Positions 7,811-18,375 of a stretch of 31,470 nucleotides of DNA are shown here, piece after piece. The notes beneath the pieces were generated by a model, which saw nothing but the letters and a program-made list of their open reading frames with translations, was not told the DNA's origin and did not search any database. A program made the translations under genes and the position numbers. The stretch is taken from the IMG/VR virus record IMGVR_UViG_3300017565_000037, positions 1-31,470 of that record. One strand, 5' to 3'. Numbering within the stretch: position 1 is the first letter of the stretch; the number at the start of each line of letters is the position of its first letter. The DNA is from a virus (Duplodnaviria > Caudoviricetes).

Positions 7811-8725
7811 GTGAGTCAACCGGATACGGAACTCGAAACGGGTGAAGTTGACCTGGATTCGATCACGGCCGCCATGGGTGAAGAAGGTGGTGAGATAGAG
7901 GTCGAGGACGAGGAACTGCCCGAGGGTGAGGAAGAGGAAGTCCTCGAAGACGGCCAGGACGGCCAGGACCCGCCGCAAGCCGACGAAGACCCCGAGTTTG
8001 AGGTCGAGGTTGCCGGCGAGAAATCCCGCGTCAAGCTCTCCGAGCTGCGTGCGGGGTACATGAAGGATGCCGACTATCGCCGTAAGACGGCCGAGGTCGC
8101 CGAACAGCGCCGCCAGGTGGAGCAGGTGGCCCAGCATATCGTGCAGAAGCAGCAGGCCGCTGCTAATCAGCTCGATGTGTTCCTGGGCGCGCTCCACAAG
8201 GAGCTGATCGGTAGCCAGCCGGATGCGAGTTTGATCGACTCGGACCCTCAGGAGTTCATGCGCCAACAGGCCGCGTACAACACGCGCGCCCAACAGTTCC
8301 AGCAGGCCCTACAGCAGCGCCAAGCGATCCAGGCTCAGCAGGAGCAGGAGCAGCAGCGCCGTATGACCGAGGTGGTGCAGGCCGAGCAGCAACGGTTGCT
8401 CGATGCCGCACCGGAACTGCGCGACGAGAAGCAGCGCGTAGCCGCCCTGAACGGCGTTGCGCAGCTCCTGACCAGTATTGGCTACACGCAGGAAGAGCTA
8501 TCTCAGCTCGTGGACCACAGAGCGCTCCTGGTAGCGCTCAAGGCCGCGAAGTTCGACCAGCTCCAGGCCGCCAAGGCCAAACAAGCACCGCCCGAAGTCC
8601 GCCGCACGGTTCGCCCGGGCGCAGCGGCTGCGGGCGCACAACCCAATGCCCAGAAGCTCAAGTTCCGCGAACAGTTGAAGCGCGACCCGAACAACTTGGA
8701 CGCGATCGCAGGGCTGATGGATTGA
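7811..8725 (+). CDS. Capsid scaffolding protein
   Basis: GTG after AAGGA. Very acidic N-terminus, 'VKLSELRAGYMKDADYRRKT' motif and coiled coil. Immediately before the capsid gene. Confidence 0.85.
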   Translation: MSQPDTELETGEVDLDSITAAMGEEGGEIEVEDEELPEGEEEEVLEDGQDGQDPPQADEDPEFEVEVAGEKSRVKLSELRAGYMKDADYRRKTAEVAEQRRQVEQVAQHIVQKQQAAANQLDVFLGALHKELIGSQPDASLIDSDPQEFMRQQAAYNTRAQQFQQALQQRQAIQAQQEQEQQRRMTEVVQAEQQRLLDAAPELRDEKQRVAALNGVAQLLTSIGYTQEELSQLVDHRALLVALKAAKFDQLQAAKAKQAPPEVRRTVRPGAAAAGAQPNAQKLKFREQLKRDPNNLDAIAGLMD

Positions 8726-8740
8726 TCGAGGAATAAGGAA

Positions 8741-9724
8741 ATGACCACGCAATTGCTCGTAAGCACCCCCGTCGTCCGTCTGGCTGAGGATGTCGAGGAC
8801 ACCATCTACAACTACCGGCCCACCGATGCGCCCCTCACCTCGTCCATCAAGCGGACGCCGGTCAAGGCCGTCTACCACGAGTGGACCGCCGACGTGTACC
8901 GGAATCCGAACCCGGACAACGCGGCCATTGAAGGCGCGGATGCGACTTTCGCGGCTGCTACCCAGCCCGGACAGTACAACAACCGCACTCAGATCGTGCA
9001 GGACACCATCAGCGTTTCGGGCACTGCCGAGGCGGTGAGGAAGTACGGCCGCAAGTCGGAAGTGAAGCGCCTGTTTGCAAAGAAGGCTGTGGAGCTGAAG
9101 CGCGATATCGAGGCGGCTGCCATCGGCAACCCCGTCGCTGTCACTGACAACGGCTCAAACACCGCTGGCAAGATGCGCGGCCTGTTCGGCTGGATCAAGA
9201 CCAACAACAGCCTGAACTCGGACACTGGCGTTGCGCCTGATCCGCAGACCAACACCGGTCCGGTGGCTGGCACCCTGCGGGCCTTCGGGGAAGCGCTGCT
9301 GAAGCCGGTGATTCTGGGTGTGTACCAGAACGGCGGCGATGCGGACGTGCTGATGGTCAGCCCGGCGCACAAGCAGGCGGCGTCTGCCTTCTCTGGCAAC
9401 GTGCAGCGCGTCAACGAGGTGGGCAAGAACTCCAAGTTCCTGCAAACCGCGATTGACGTGTATGGCCACGACTTCGGCAACACCAAGGTCGTGCCGAACC
9501 GTGTCATGACGGTTGCGGGCAAGCCTGGCTTGATCAACACGGCTTACATCTTGGATTACGACAAGATCAAGCTGGGCCAGCTCCGTCCGTTCCAGCGCAC
9601 CCCGCTCGCCAAGGTGGGCGACTCCGAGCAGCACCAGATTCTCACGGAAGTGACGCTGGTGGTGGGCCAGGAATCGACCCTGGGCGCGATCCGCGACCTG
9701 ACCGCTACCGGTCTGGCGCCGTAA
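8741..9724 (+). CDS. Major capsid protein (DUF5309-like)
   Basis: TAAGGA SD, strongly biased codon usage, motifs 'YHEWTAD', 'NRTQI', 'ELKRDIE', 'LAKVGDSE'. Follows scaffold and is followed by a terminator. Confidence 0.9.
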   Translation: MTTQLLVSTPVVRLAEDVEDTIYNYRPTDAPLTSSIKRTPVKAVYHEWTADVYRNPNPDNAAIEGADATFAAATQPGQYNNRTQIVQDTISVSGTAEAVRKYGRKSEVKRLFAKKAVELKRDIEAAAIGNPVAVTDNGSNTAGKMRGLFGWIKTNNSLNSDTGVAPDPQTNTGPVAGTLRAFGEALLKPVILGVYQNGGDADVLMVSPAHKQAASAFSGNVQRVNEVGKNSKFLQTAIDVYGHDFGNTKVVPNRVMTVAGKPGLINTAYILDYDKIKLGQLRPFQRTPLAKVGDSEQHQILTEVTLVVGQESTLGAIRDLTATGLAP

Positions 9725-9748
9725 CTCCACCCGTCAGTGGACTGAATT

Positions 9749-9778
9749 GGGGCCGGCGAAAGTCGGCCCCTTTCTTTT
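9749..9778 (+). terminator. Intrinsic terminator after capsid gene
   Basis: GGGGCCGGC-GAAA-GTCGGCCCC followed by TTTCTTTT. Confidence 0.85.
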
Positions 9779-9787
9779 GGGGCAACA

Positions 9788-10090
9788 ATGAGACGAGAAC
9801 TGATCCACGACGATGGTGGGTTCCGCGACCTGATCCACGTCAGCGCGGAGGAAATCGACGGCGCTCTGGAAGCCTGCAAGATGCAGCGGGAAATCGGCGC
9901 GACCGGCGACAAGGAAATGCCGAAGTTGGCGTCCTATCCGACGTGGCTTGTCGAGCAGTACTGCATCGTCAACGGCATCACCTTCGCCGAGTGGATGCAG
10001 AACCCGGTCCATGTGCAGAGGATGCTGCGCGACCCGCAGTTGAGTGGATTCCGGGTCGATGAACGGAAGGTAGGGCGGGTGGTCGAATGA
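9788..10090 (+). CDS. Hypothetical protein of the morphogenesis module
   Basis: 100-aa ORF with ATGA coupling to the next gene. Confidence 0.7.
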   Translation: MRRELIHDDGGFRDLIHVSAEEIDGALEACKMQREIGATGDKEMPKLASYPTWLVEQYCIVNGITFAEWMQNPVHVQRMLRDPQLSGFRVDERKVGRVVE

Positions 10091-10683
10091 TTACCGACTA
10101 CGCCAGCCTGCGGACGGCGATTGCGAACTGGCTAGCGCGTGCTGACTTGAGCGCCGCCATTCCTGAGTTCATCCAGTTGGCCGAGGCCAACATGAACCGG
10201 GATTTGAACGCTCGGCAGCGGCAGGTCGAGGTGGCTGACACGTCGTCGGGTGGCGTGATCCCGATCCCTGCTGACCTGTACGGCATCCAGTCGCTGCGTG
10301 TGGCGCGGGGCGGCGGGTTCTTCCGCATCGGTGCGGTGACGCCCGATCAACAGTACGACATGCCCTCGGTCCCGGTGGCCTACACCGTGGTCAACGAGGA
10401 AATCCGCCTGATCGGCACGGCAGACACGGATTACAAGCTGATCTATCGCCGACAAATTCCGGCGCTGGGTGAGAGTGCACCCCAGAACTGGCTGATCCTG
10501 CGAGAGCCGGGGCTGTACCTGTACGGCGCGCTGGTTGAGGCATCGCCCTACCTCAAGGACGACGAGCGGACGCTGGTGTGGGCGACCCAGTACCGGCGGA
10601 TTCTGGACGCCTGCAACGCTCAGTACGACCTAGAGCGCTTCGGCCCGTCCAGCACGCAGAAGGTTGATTTCCGTGCGCCTTGA
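10087..10683 (+). CDS. Head-tail adaptor (tail tubular protein A-like)
   Basis: 'ITDYASLRTAIANWLARADL...IPEFIQLAE' and 'PGLYLYGAL' are typical podoviral adaptor motifs; position fits. Confidence 0.75.
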   Translation: MITDYASLRTAIANWLARADLSAAIPEFIQLAEANMNRDLNARQRQVEVADTSSGGVIPIPADLYGIQSLRVARGGGFFRIGAVTPDQQYDMPSVPVAYTVVNEEIRLIGTADTDYKLIYRRQIPALGESAPQNWLILREPGLYLYGALVEASPYLKDDERTLVWATQYRRILDACNAQYDLERFGPSSTQKVDFRAP

Positions 10684-12118
10684 GCTGAAGGGGTTTGCGC
10701 CGGACATCGATAGCGCAACGCCTGGGATATTGGTCGATTGCGATGCCATCGTGCCCACGCTCAAGGGCATGGCGGCTGCGAATACTCCGGTCGATGCTGG
10801 GTTCCCGGCGCTCTCTGAGCCGCCCACGAGCGCCTACGTCGCCGAGTTGCTGGACGGCACCAAACGCACCTTTGCTGGCACGGCAGCGACGATCCAGGAG
10901 GCCACAGGCGGCAACTGGGTAGACCGGTCTCGTGCTGGCGGGTACTCCGGCAACAACCGGATGCGGTTCTGCGAGTTTGGCAACGTGGTGCTGGCGACCA
11001 ACCGCGCGGAGGTCATCCAGAAGGCTGGGCCGGGGGATGACTTCGAGGACATCGACGATGCGCCTCTCGCCCTGATCCTGGTGTCCGCAAACGGGTTTGT
11101 GCTGGCGTTGAACATCAATGGCATGACCCTGGGTGATGTGGCGGACGGCTGGGGTTGTAGCGCCATCCGCAACCACGAGGACTGGACGCCCAGCGCGGCG
11201 ACGCAGTGTGTCGCAGGGCGGCTGCTGGACAGCCCAGGCCCGATCACCGCAGGGGCGGCCTTGGGTGACCTGGTGGTGGCCTACAAGGGCACTTCGATGT
11301 ACCTGGGCCAGTACGTCGGTCCGCCCATTGTGTGGAGCTGGACGCGGATTGCGGGCGACATCGGGTGTGCTGGCGCTGAGGCGCTGGTGGCGCTTGAGAC
11401 CGAACATTTCTTCATCGGCCCGGACGACATTTACCGGTTTGACGGAACCGTGCCCCGCGCGATTGGCGCGCCGATCCGCGAGTGGTTCTTCGCCAACCTG
11501 TCGGCCGGCCAGCGGCACAACATCGTCGGCACGGTGGACCGGGCACGCAGCCTGGTCTACTGGTACTACCCGAGTGTGAATAGCCAGGATGGGGAGTTGG
11601 ATTCCTGCCTGGTCTACAACTACAAGACCGACAAGTGGGGCAAGTGGTCGATCTCGATCCAGGCTGCTGTGCAGTACTCGTCCGGGCAGATTACCTACGA
11701 CGAGCTGGGAGACCTGTACGCCACCTACGACGATCTGCCGAACATCAGCTATGACTCGCCGTTCTGGCTGGCCGATCAGACCGTACCGGGGGTGTTCATC
11801 GGTGACTCGCTGATGTCACTGACCGGAGAGCCCGGGCAGTCGTTCATGGTGACCGGTGATTTCGGCGACCTGACCGATTTTGCCTACGTGGACCGAGTGA
11901 CACCGCGATACACCCGGAAGCCTGCGAGCGCTCAGCTCACGAACTTCTACCGGCTTGAGCTGGGCGAGTCTCTGGTGACGGATGCCACGGCCCCGTTCCA
12001 GCGCGGGCGGTTCGACATGCGCCGTTCGGCCCGGTGGCACCGGTTCCGCATCGTCCAGCAGGGCGCTGCGGTCATCAACGGCCTGGACGTGGCCATTGAC
12101 GGGGATTCGGCGGAATGA
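10673..12118 (+). CDS. Tail nozzle / DNA-stabilisation protein (tubular protein B / P22 gp10-like)
   Basis: About 480-aa beta-rich (propeller-like) protein following the adaptor. Start is GTG 10673 or TTG 10664. Confidence 0.7.
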   Translation: MRLELKGFAPDIDSATPGILVDCDAIVPTLKGMAAANTPVDAGFPALSEPPTSAYVAELLDGTKRTFAGTAATIQEATGGNWVDRSRAGGYSGNNRMRFCEFGNVVLATNRAEVIQKAGPGDDFEDIDDAPLALILVSANGFVLALNINGMTLGDVADGWGCSAIRNHEDWTPSAATQCVAGRLLDSPGPITAGAALGDLVVAYKGTSMYLGQYVGPPIVWSWTRIAGDIGCAGAEALVALETEHFFIGPDDIYRFDGTVPRAIGAPIREWFFANLSAGQRHNIVGTVDRARSLVYWYYPSVNSQDGELDSCLVYNYKTDKWGKWSISIQAAVQYSSGQITYDELGDLYATYDDLPNISYDSPFWLADQTVPGVFIGDSLMSLTGEPGQSFMVTGDFGDLTDFAYVDRVTPRYTRKPASAQLTNFYRLELGESLVTDATAPFQRGRFDMRRSARWHRFRIVQQGAAVINGLDVAIDGDSAE

Positions 12119-12420
12119 GGGTTCAGGAACAGGCGTTTCTCCCGACCGACATCGCGCACCTGGTACGGCAGCTCACGACCCTGCATCGGCAGGTGGCCAC
12201 GCAGTTGAACATGTTGTCGGAGGGTCGGATCACAGCGGCCCATAACGCGGTTACAGCCGCGCCCACGACCGGGGAGTGGCACCAGGGGGATTACTTGCGG
12301 AACAGCCAGCCCGAGGAACTGGGCTCGCCTGGGTCGGCCTACGTGGTGTTTGGGTGGCAGTGTCTGGTGTCCGGGGAGCCCGGCACCTGGGCCGAGCTGC
12401 GGTTTCTGACGGGCAACTGA
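12115..12420 (+). CDS. Small tail-associated protein
   Basis: ATGA-coupled. N-terminal helix followed by 'APTTGEWHQGDY...GWQCLVSGEPGTW', as seen in fibre/spike modules. Confidence 0.65.
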   Translation: MRVQEQAFLPTDIAHLVRQLTTLHRQVATQLNMLSEGRITAAHNAVTAAPTTGEWHQGDYLRNSQPEELGSPGSAYVVFGWQCLVSGEPGTWAELRFLTGN

Positions 12421-12818
12421 TGGGCTACCACGCAGTTCACCCAAGCGACCTTCGCGGTTGCTGGGCAACCGTGCTTGACGGTCTGAAGCAGATGCCTGCT
12501 GAGGACTGGATACCCGAGGACGTGTACCACGCAATTCGGTCAGGGCAAGCAACCCTGTTTGTGTTTGAAGAGGCCGGCGATTACGCCGGCTTCGTTGTTT
12601 TGGAGCGTGTCGTGGAGCGGTTCAGCGGCACGGTCAGTTGTCACGTCTGGCTCGCATACAACGCGAAAGGCCAAGACACCTACGACGCAGCCGTTTCCCT
12701 GTACCGGGACGCGGCCAAGCAAATGGGCGCATCGCGAATCACCTTCAGCAGCCCCCGTCCTGGGTGGGCCAAGCGCTACCGGTTGCTTTCGGCGACCTAC
12801 GAAATCCCCCTCGAATAA
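12420..12818 (+). CDS. Putative GNAT-like virion assembly protein
   Basis: TGATG coupling. Alpha/beta pattern with 'CHVWLAY...AKQMGASRITFSSPRPGW'; lies before the ejection genes as in other podoviruses. Confidence 0.6.
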   Translation: MGYHAVHPSDLRGCWATVLDGLKQMPAEDWIPEDVYHAIRSGQATLFVFEEAGDYAGFVVLERVVERFSGTVSCHVWLAYNAKGQDTYDAAVSLYRDAAKQMGASRITFSSPRPGWAKRYRLLSATYEIPLE

Positions 12819-12830
12819 GGAGATCGCACC

Positions 12831-14123
12831 GTGAGCGGTGGTGGATCTAAGAATCAAACGATCACGCAGACCAGCGAGCCGCCTGCCTACGCGGCACCGT
12901 GGTTTCAGTCGGCGCTGAACCAGGCCGGCAACATCACAGGGCAGAGCTACGTCCCGTACACCGGGCAGCTCGTGTCGGGCATGACGCCCGACCAGACCGC
13001 CGCCATGGACATGGTGCGCCAGCGAGCTACCAACCCCAGTCTTTCGGACTACGGGTCGAACTATGCAGCCGGCATTTTGGGCGGCCAAGGTCAGTACCAG
13101 GGAGGCACCAATCCGTTCCTTGGGATGCAGACTGCAACCCGCAACAATCCCAACCCCCTGATTGCTGGCCTGGGGAGTGGCGGTCCATCGTTCACCGCGC
13201 AAACGTCGCTGGGCAGCAATCCCTATGCCGGGAAGAACCAGTACCTGGAGGACATGGTATCTGCGTCGACTCGGGGCGTGACCGACAACTTCAGCAAAGC
13301 CACCATGCCGAGCCTGCTGTCTCAGTTCCAGCAGGGCGGCGCGTTCGGCGGCACGGCCATGCAGAACCAGATGGACAGCGCCCAGAACACCCTGGCCCAG
13401 AATCTGGGCGAGATCGAGAGCGGGATTCGCTTCAACGACTACACGACGCAGCAGCAGCTTGCTGAGGCGGGGCTCAATCGCTCGCTTGCCGCCCAGCAGG
13501 GTGACAACCAGATCAATGCCCAGATGGCCAACTCGGCAGCAGACCGGCAGCTACAGGGTGGTATCGCGGCTGCGAATCTGTGGGATCAGGGCGCGAACCG
13601 GACCTTGCAGGCTCAGCTTGCAGACCTGAGTCGCAACTCCGGCCTAGCCGAGAACGCACTGAATCGCGATTTGCAGGCGTGGGGCCAGTACCAAGGCAAT
13701 CAGTTGGGCGCGCTCGGCATGACCCCTGGCCTGGATCAGGCTGGATATTTCGGCGCCAATCAGCTTGGGCAGCAGGGCTTGCAACAGCAGGGCCTCAACC
13801 AGACCTGGCTGGACGCCAACTACCGCCAGTTCCTCGATGCCCGCGACTGGGACATGAACCGTCTGAACCCGCTGTTGCAGGCGCTGTCCGCCGTGCAGGG
13901 CGGGACGGTGAGTGGGACCAATCCCAATGGGAGCAGCCCGCTTGCTGGAGCGCTAGGGGGCGGACTAGCCGGTGCCTCTCTCGCAGGAATGTTGGGCGGC
14001 GCCGGCGGCGGTGCAGCAGCCGGCGCAGGCTCAGGTGCCGCAACTGGATCAGCAGTAGGCCCATGGGGCACCGCTATCGGCGCAGGCGTGGGTGCGTTGG
14101 CTGGCTGGCTAGGGAGCAGGTAA
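12831..14123 (+). CDS. DNA ejection/pilot protein
   Basis: TAAGGAG SD with GTG start. Q/N/G/A-rich, with a C-terminal Gly-zipper hydrophobic segment. Confidence 0.7.
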   Translation: MSGGGSKNQTITQTSEPPAYAAPWFQSALNQAGNITGQSYVPYTGQLVSGMTPDQTAAMDMVRQRATNPSLSDYGSNYAAGILGGQGQYQGGTNPFLGMQTATRNNPNPLIAGLGSGGPSFTAQTSLGSNPYAGKNQYLEDMVSASTRGVTDNFSKATMPSLLSQFQQGGAFGGTAMQNQMDSAQNTLAQNLGEIESGIRFNDYTTQQQLAEAGLNRSLAAQQGDNQINAQMANSAADRQLQGGIAAANLWDQGANRTLQAQLADLSRNSGLAENALNRDLQAWGQYQGNQLGALGMTPGLDQAGYFGANQLGQQGLQQQGLNQTWLDANYRQFLDARDWDMNRLNPLLQALSAVQGGTVSGTNPNGSSPLAGALGGGLAGASLAGMLGGAGGGAAAGAGSGAATGSAVGPWGTAIGAGVGALAGWLGSR

Positions 14124-14663
14124 ATGGGACTTTTCGACTCACTGAAGAAGCTGTCGCCGATTGGCAATTCGCTCAGCAAGAAGATGGGTATTGCCGCCCC
14201 CGGCATCGCCGGCCACATCAACCGCATGGAGCAGTTGCCCGGCGGGAACACAATCGACCCGCTCATGTACTACGCCAACAAGGCCAGCGGTGGCAGTGGC
14301 GCAACCGACGCGCAAGGTAATCCCATTGCGCCCGCTGCTGACCTGTCGGGGAACAACCTACAGTCGAACATGGCTGCGTACTACGCAAGCCTCAATCGAC
14401 CGAACAACCAGATGCCGTTCCCGACTGGTCAGCCGTCGTCGTTCTACCTGCCGTCGGCCCCGCCGCAGATGAGCCAGCCTTTGCCCGCTCAGCAGCAGCA
14501 ACCGGCAATGCCGCAGTTGCCAGCGCCGAGTGGGTTTATTGGCGGCATGTTCCCGCAAGCCTACGGCGCACTGGGCGCGGCCAATCTGGTCCAGCAAGGC
14601 CAGATTGATCCACAGCAGTTGCGCAGCGTCCTGATGAACCTCGGCTTCGGAGGGGGGCAGTAA
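14124..14663 (+). CDS. Probable internal virion protein (Q/P-rich)
   Basis: Directly follows the previous stop. Low-complexity, 'MGLFDSLKK' start, lies among the ejection genes. Confidence 0.6.
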   Translation: MGLFDSLKKLSPIGNSLSKKMGIAAPGIAGHINRMEQLPGGNTIDPLMYYANKASGGSGATDAQGNPIAPAADLSGNNLQSNMAAYYASLNRPNNQMPFPTGQPSSFYLPSAPPQMSQPLPAQQQQPAMPQLPAPSGFIGGMFPQAYGALGAANLVQQGQIDPQQLRSVLMNLGFGGGQ

Positions 14664-16270
14664 TGTTCGGTCAGCAGTTCAATCCTTGGGACGATCCGCT
14701 GGCGTTCCTTCGCCTACAGCAGCAGTCGGCCGATCCATTCGCGGGCGGCGTGAACGGCCCCGATGCTCCCCAGCAGCAGGGGCTTATGGCCCGGCTCACC
14801 GGCGCATTGCTTCCCGGCCAGGCCGACATGGACCCGCAGGACCGCCGCGCCCTGATGAACCAGGGTCTTCTGTCCGCCGGCCTGGGCATTCTCGCCAACA
14901 ACAACCAGGGCCGGAATGGCGGTGCCGCTATCGGCTCCGGTCTCCTGGGTGGGTTGCAGGCCATGAACCAAGGCAGCCGGCAGCTTGCGGAGAACCAGTA
15001 TCGCCGGCAGATGATGGATCGGCAGTTGGGTGATCCGGCTGGCCTCAGGGAGTTCAACGCGCTCACGGAAGGGCTCTCCGACGAAGAGAAGGCTCAGGCG
15101 CGCAAGGTCCGCCTCGGAATTGAGGGTAGAGCTTCCAGTGCCGGATTTAGCCAGTTCAAGTTCACTGGCCCGGATGGTCGTGAGCGCCTCGGCGTACTGA
15201 ACGGACGCACTGGCAGAATCGACACGCCGGACGGCTTGAGCTTTGACCCCGCGACCGTTCAGATTACAGGTCAAGTTGAACCGGCTGCGCCCGGCGCATC
15301 TGCTGCTGGTCCTGAGCAGATGGACGCGCAAATGGCGGAAATCGGTCGGAAGGCCACAGAGTACGGGTACAGGTTGAAATCCCTAGGTGCCGACCCTGCA
15401 ACCGTCGATCAGATGCAATCCGCGTACTTCAACGATCTTGTATCGATGTATGCCGGATCGAATCCTGGGTCAGTAATCGACAACGGTGCCGGTCAGCGAT
15501 ATGGCGCTCCCGTGGACCGGGACCCGTCAACGTTCACGCCCGCACCGGCCCTCCCGCGGCCGAGTCCGAGTGCGGGGCAGAATCCATTCGTCAGTCCGAC
15601 TGCCGGAGAAGTGGAGACGGATAAGGAGCGTGCGAGGCTTGCGGCGCAACTTGCAGCGTTGCCTGCGCAGTTGAGAATCCAGGTTGAGTCCGAACTGGGC
15701 AAGCAGCGCGAGGAATCCAAGATCAAGCCCACGAAGGCGCAGGAATCTGTCGATAGCGCCTACGGAAAGGAGTATCTGGATTTCACCCAGGGTGGCGCAG
15801 CCGACGCGAACAAGGCCCTCACCGAGCTGAAAGACGTTCTCGATCAACTGAAGGGTGGTGGTCAGCTTACTGGACCAGTGCTTGGGGCGCTCCCGAATTT
15901 CGTTAAGGCCAGGACCAACCCCGGTGCGATGGCGGCCCAGGAAACGGTTGAATCCACGGTGCAGAGAAGCTTGCGAGTCATCCTCGGCGCTCAGTTTACG
16001 GAGAAGGAAGGCGAGCGCCTGATTGCCCGCGCCTACAACCCGTCGCTCAGCGAGGCCGAGAACGCGATCCGTGTGCAGCGGCTATTCGACCAGCTCAAGC
16101 AAGGTTTTGAAAATAAGGCAGCAGCGGCGCGGTACTACGAAGAGAACGGGACTCTGCGCGGATTCAAGGGCAAGTTGCCGAGCTGGGGAGACTTCGATCC
16201 TGACAACGATACTGGATCGGGGCTGAGTGGCGGCGTCGATGACCTCCTGTCCAAATACGGAATCCAGTAA
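14663..16270 (+). CDS. DNA ejection protein (internal virion protein)
   Basis: TAATG coupling. 535 aa with N-terminal Gly-rich hydrophobic stretches and a helical C-terminus. Confidence 0.65.
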   Translation: MFGQQFNPWDDPLAFLRLQQQSADPFAGGVNGPDAPQQQGLMARLTGALLPGQADMDPQDRRALMNQGLLSAGLGILANNNQGRNGGAAIGSGLLGGLQAMNQGSRQLAENQYRRQMMDRQLGDPAGLREFNALTEGLSDEEKAQARKVRLGIEGRASSAGFSQFKFTGPDGRERLGVLNGRTGRIDTPDGLSFDPATVQITGQVEPAAPGASAAGPEQMDAQMAEIGRKATEYGYRLKSLGADPATVDQMQSAYFNDLVSMYAGSNPGSVIDNGAGQRYGAPVDRDPSTFTPAPALPRPSPSAGQNPFVSPTAGEVETDKERARLAAQLAALPAQLRIQVESELGKQREESKIKPTKAQESVDSAYGKEYLDFTQGGAADANKALTELKDVLDQLKGGGQLTGPVLGALPNFVKARTNPGAMAAQETVESTVQRSLRVILGAQFTEKEGERLIARAYNPSLSEAENAIRVQRLFDQLKQGFENKAAAARYYEENGTLRGFKGKLPSWGDFDPDNDTGSGLSGGVDDLLSKYGIQ

Positions 16271-18375
16271 TGGCGAACCTTCAGCAAATCGAGCAGGCAT
16301 TGCGTGCTGCCGATGCGGCCGGGAACGTGGAGGATGCGCGCCGACTTGCACAGGCGTACGCGGATGCTCGTCGCCAGCAAGGCGATTTCAGCGAAGGCCG
16401 TCCGCTAGAAATCGACATCATCGGCGGTACACCCGAGAGCGTGACTGATGGTATGTCCGGCTTCGGTAGGTTTGCGGCTGGTGTTGGCAAGTCCCTGGTG
16501 GATACCTACCAGGGCGCCCAGCAGCTCGGTGCTGCAATCCAGGATGCTATCCCAGGCGTAGACTTGACCGAGCGCCGCCAAGAGCTCCAGGCCGATATCG
16601 ACGAGCGACGCAGGCTCGATGCTCCGCTGATGGATACCGGAGCGGGCCTGGCTGGCAACATCACGGGTACGGCCGCGCAGATTCTTGCGCCTGGAGGGCT
16701 GCTGCGCGGTACTGCATCGGCGGCTGCATTCCTACCAAGGACATTTGCCGGCAACGCCGCCCAAGGTGGGCTGCTTGGCGCTATGCAGCCCGTGGAATCG
16801 GAAGGCAGTCGGGCAGCAAATGCTGGACTTGGCCTCCTATTTGGAGGTGGTGGCTATGCGGCTGCTGCGGTTCCCGGCGCTATTGGCAGGCAGGCGGCGC
16901 GTCTATCCCCGGCATTCTCGCGCGGGCAGCAAGAGCGCGCTGCCGCCGACCTGATTTCCGGGTTCGCTTCCAACCCATCGACCTTGAGCGCCAATGCAGC
17001 GAACGCCCAGCAGATTGTCCCCGGCTCGCTCCCGACACTCGCCGAGGCGACCGGGGATATTGGAATCTCCGGTCTTGAGCGCACGCTGGCGAACATGCCG
17101 GAGTTCGGGCCTCGACTGACCGCCCGTCGTCTTGCAAATAACGCCGCGAGAGTGGATGCCATCCGAGGCGGATTCCATGGCGCGGACAGCTCCGCCGCCA
17201 AGCTGATTCGGCAGCAGACCCAGCAAGCCGAGGGTCCTGTGATCCGGGATATCAAGAAGCTGGAAGGTGCGCAGGGGATCAAGGTCACCCGCTGGGTGGA
17301 TCGCACGCTCAATTCTCCGAAGTTCCGTGGCAATCCCACTGTAGAGGCATCGTTGGGGCGTGTCCGTCAACTTGTGACGCAGCCCATTGACGATGCGGGC
17401 CGCCTATCGTCCGGCTGGGAGGTTGCCAATCTGGCGCTGGCCCGTGAGGCCCGGATGAGCCCACAGGATCAACGGATGCTACTGGAAGCCCGTAGGCTGG
17501 TTCGGTCTGGGCAGATAAATGGAGCTTCGGCTGACGACGTTATCAAGGAGGTTGGTCGCCTAAAGCCAACGTCCCTCACGGCGCAGTCGATGCTGAAGGA
17601 TGTCCAGAGGGCCATCAAGCCGATCGAGCGCGGCAAGCAGGACGTAGCCAGCCTATACAATGCGCGCAAGCATGTGACGCAGACCCTCATGCCTCGGGCA
17701 TCTGGCGAGGAAATGATTGCCCTGCGTGGGGCGGTTAGAAAGCTGGATGAACAGATTCTTGAGGTTGCTCCTAGCTTCAAGAACTACCTGTCTGACTACG
17801 CTGACGGGATGAGAAAGGCGGATCAAGCTTCGGTTGGACACAGGCTTCTCGGTGGCAGCAATGCCGCTAGAGACGCTAATGACAACCCGGTGCTGAATGC
17901 CAACTTCTTGCGTATGTCTGGTGATATGGACCGCACTGTGCGCGGCGCTACCGGGTTTGGTCGGGGCACTGCATCCAAGACGCTAACCAAGGATCAGCTC
18001 GACACGATCAATAGCGTACGCAGGGATTTGGAGCGCCAGACCCGAGCTATGAATGATGGGCGCGCCATTGGTTCCAACACGGTCCAGAACGCAATCGGCG
18101 GCAACAGAGTGCAGGATGCCGTTGGACCGGTTGGCGCTGCAATGGTTGAGCCGGTCAGCGGTGTGGCGATGCTGGCCTTCAACCAGCTCCGCAAGAGCTA
18201 CGGCAATCGGACGATGGAGATAGTCCAGGAGGTCATGCTGGACCCGGCTCGGGCGGCCGAGATAATGAGTCGCCTACCTTCGCGGGAGCAAAGAGCGGTC
18301 ATGGGGGCGATCCGGCAAATTCCGAAGATAACCGGGACCATAGGACGGAGCGCAGTTCCCGCGTTCTCGGAATAG
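16270..18375 (+). CDS. Large DNA ejection protein (P22 gp16-like position)
   Basis: TAATG coupling. 701 aa, Ala/Gly-rich helical protein; last gene of the ejection block. Confidence 0.7.
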   Translation: MANLQQIEQALRAADAAGNVEDARRLAQAYADARRQQGDFSEGRPLEIDIIGGTPESVTDGMSGFGRFAAGVGKSLVDTYQGAQQLGAAIQDAIPGVDLTERRQELQADIDERRRLDAPLMDTGAGLAGNITGTAAQILAPGGLLRGTASAAAFLPRTFAGNAAQGGLLGAMQPVESEGSRAANAGLGLLFGGGGYAAAAVPGAIGRQAARLSPAFSRGQQERAAADLISGFASNPSTLSANAANAQQIVPGSLPTLAEATGDIGISGLERTLANMPEFGPRLTARRLANNAARVDAIRGGFHGADSSAAKLIRQQTQQAEGPVIRDIKKLEGAQGIKVTRWVDRTLNSPKFRGNPTVEASLGRVRQLVTQPIDDAGRLSSGWEVANLALAREARMSPQDQRMLLEARRLVRSGQINGASADDVIKEVGRLKPTSLTAQSMLKDVQRAIKPIERGKQDVASLYNARKHVTQTLMPRASGEEMIALRGAVRKLDEQILEVAPSFKNYLSDYADGMRKADQASVGHRLLGGSNAARDANDNPVLNANFLRMSGDMDRTVRGATGFGRGTASKTLTKDQLDTINSVRRDLERQTRAMNDGRAIGSNTVQNAIGGNRVQDAVGPVGAAMVEPVSGVAMLAFNQLRKSYGNRTMEIVQEVMLDPARAAEIMSRLPSREQRAVMGAIRQIPKITGTIGRSAVPAFSE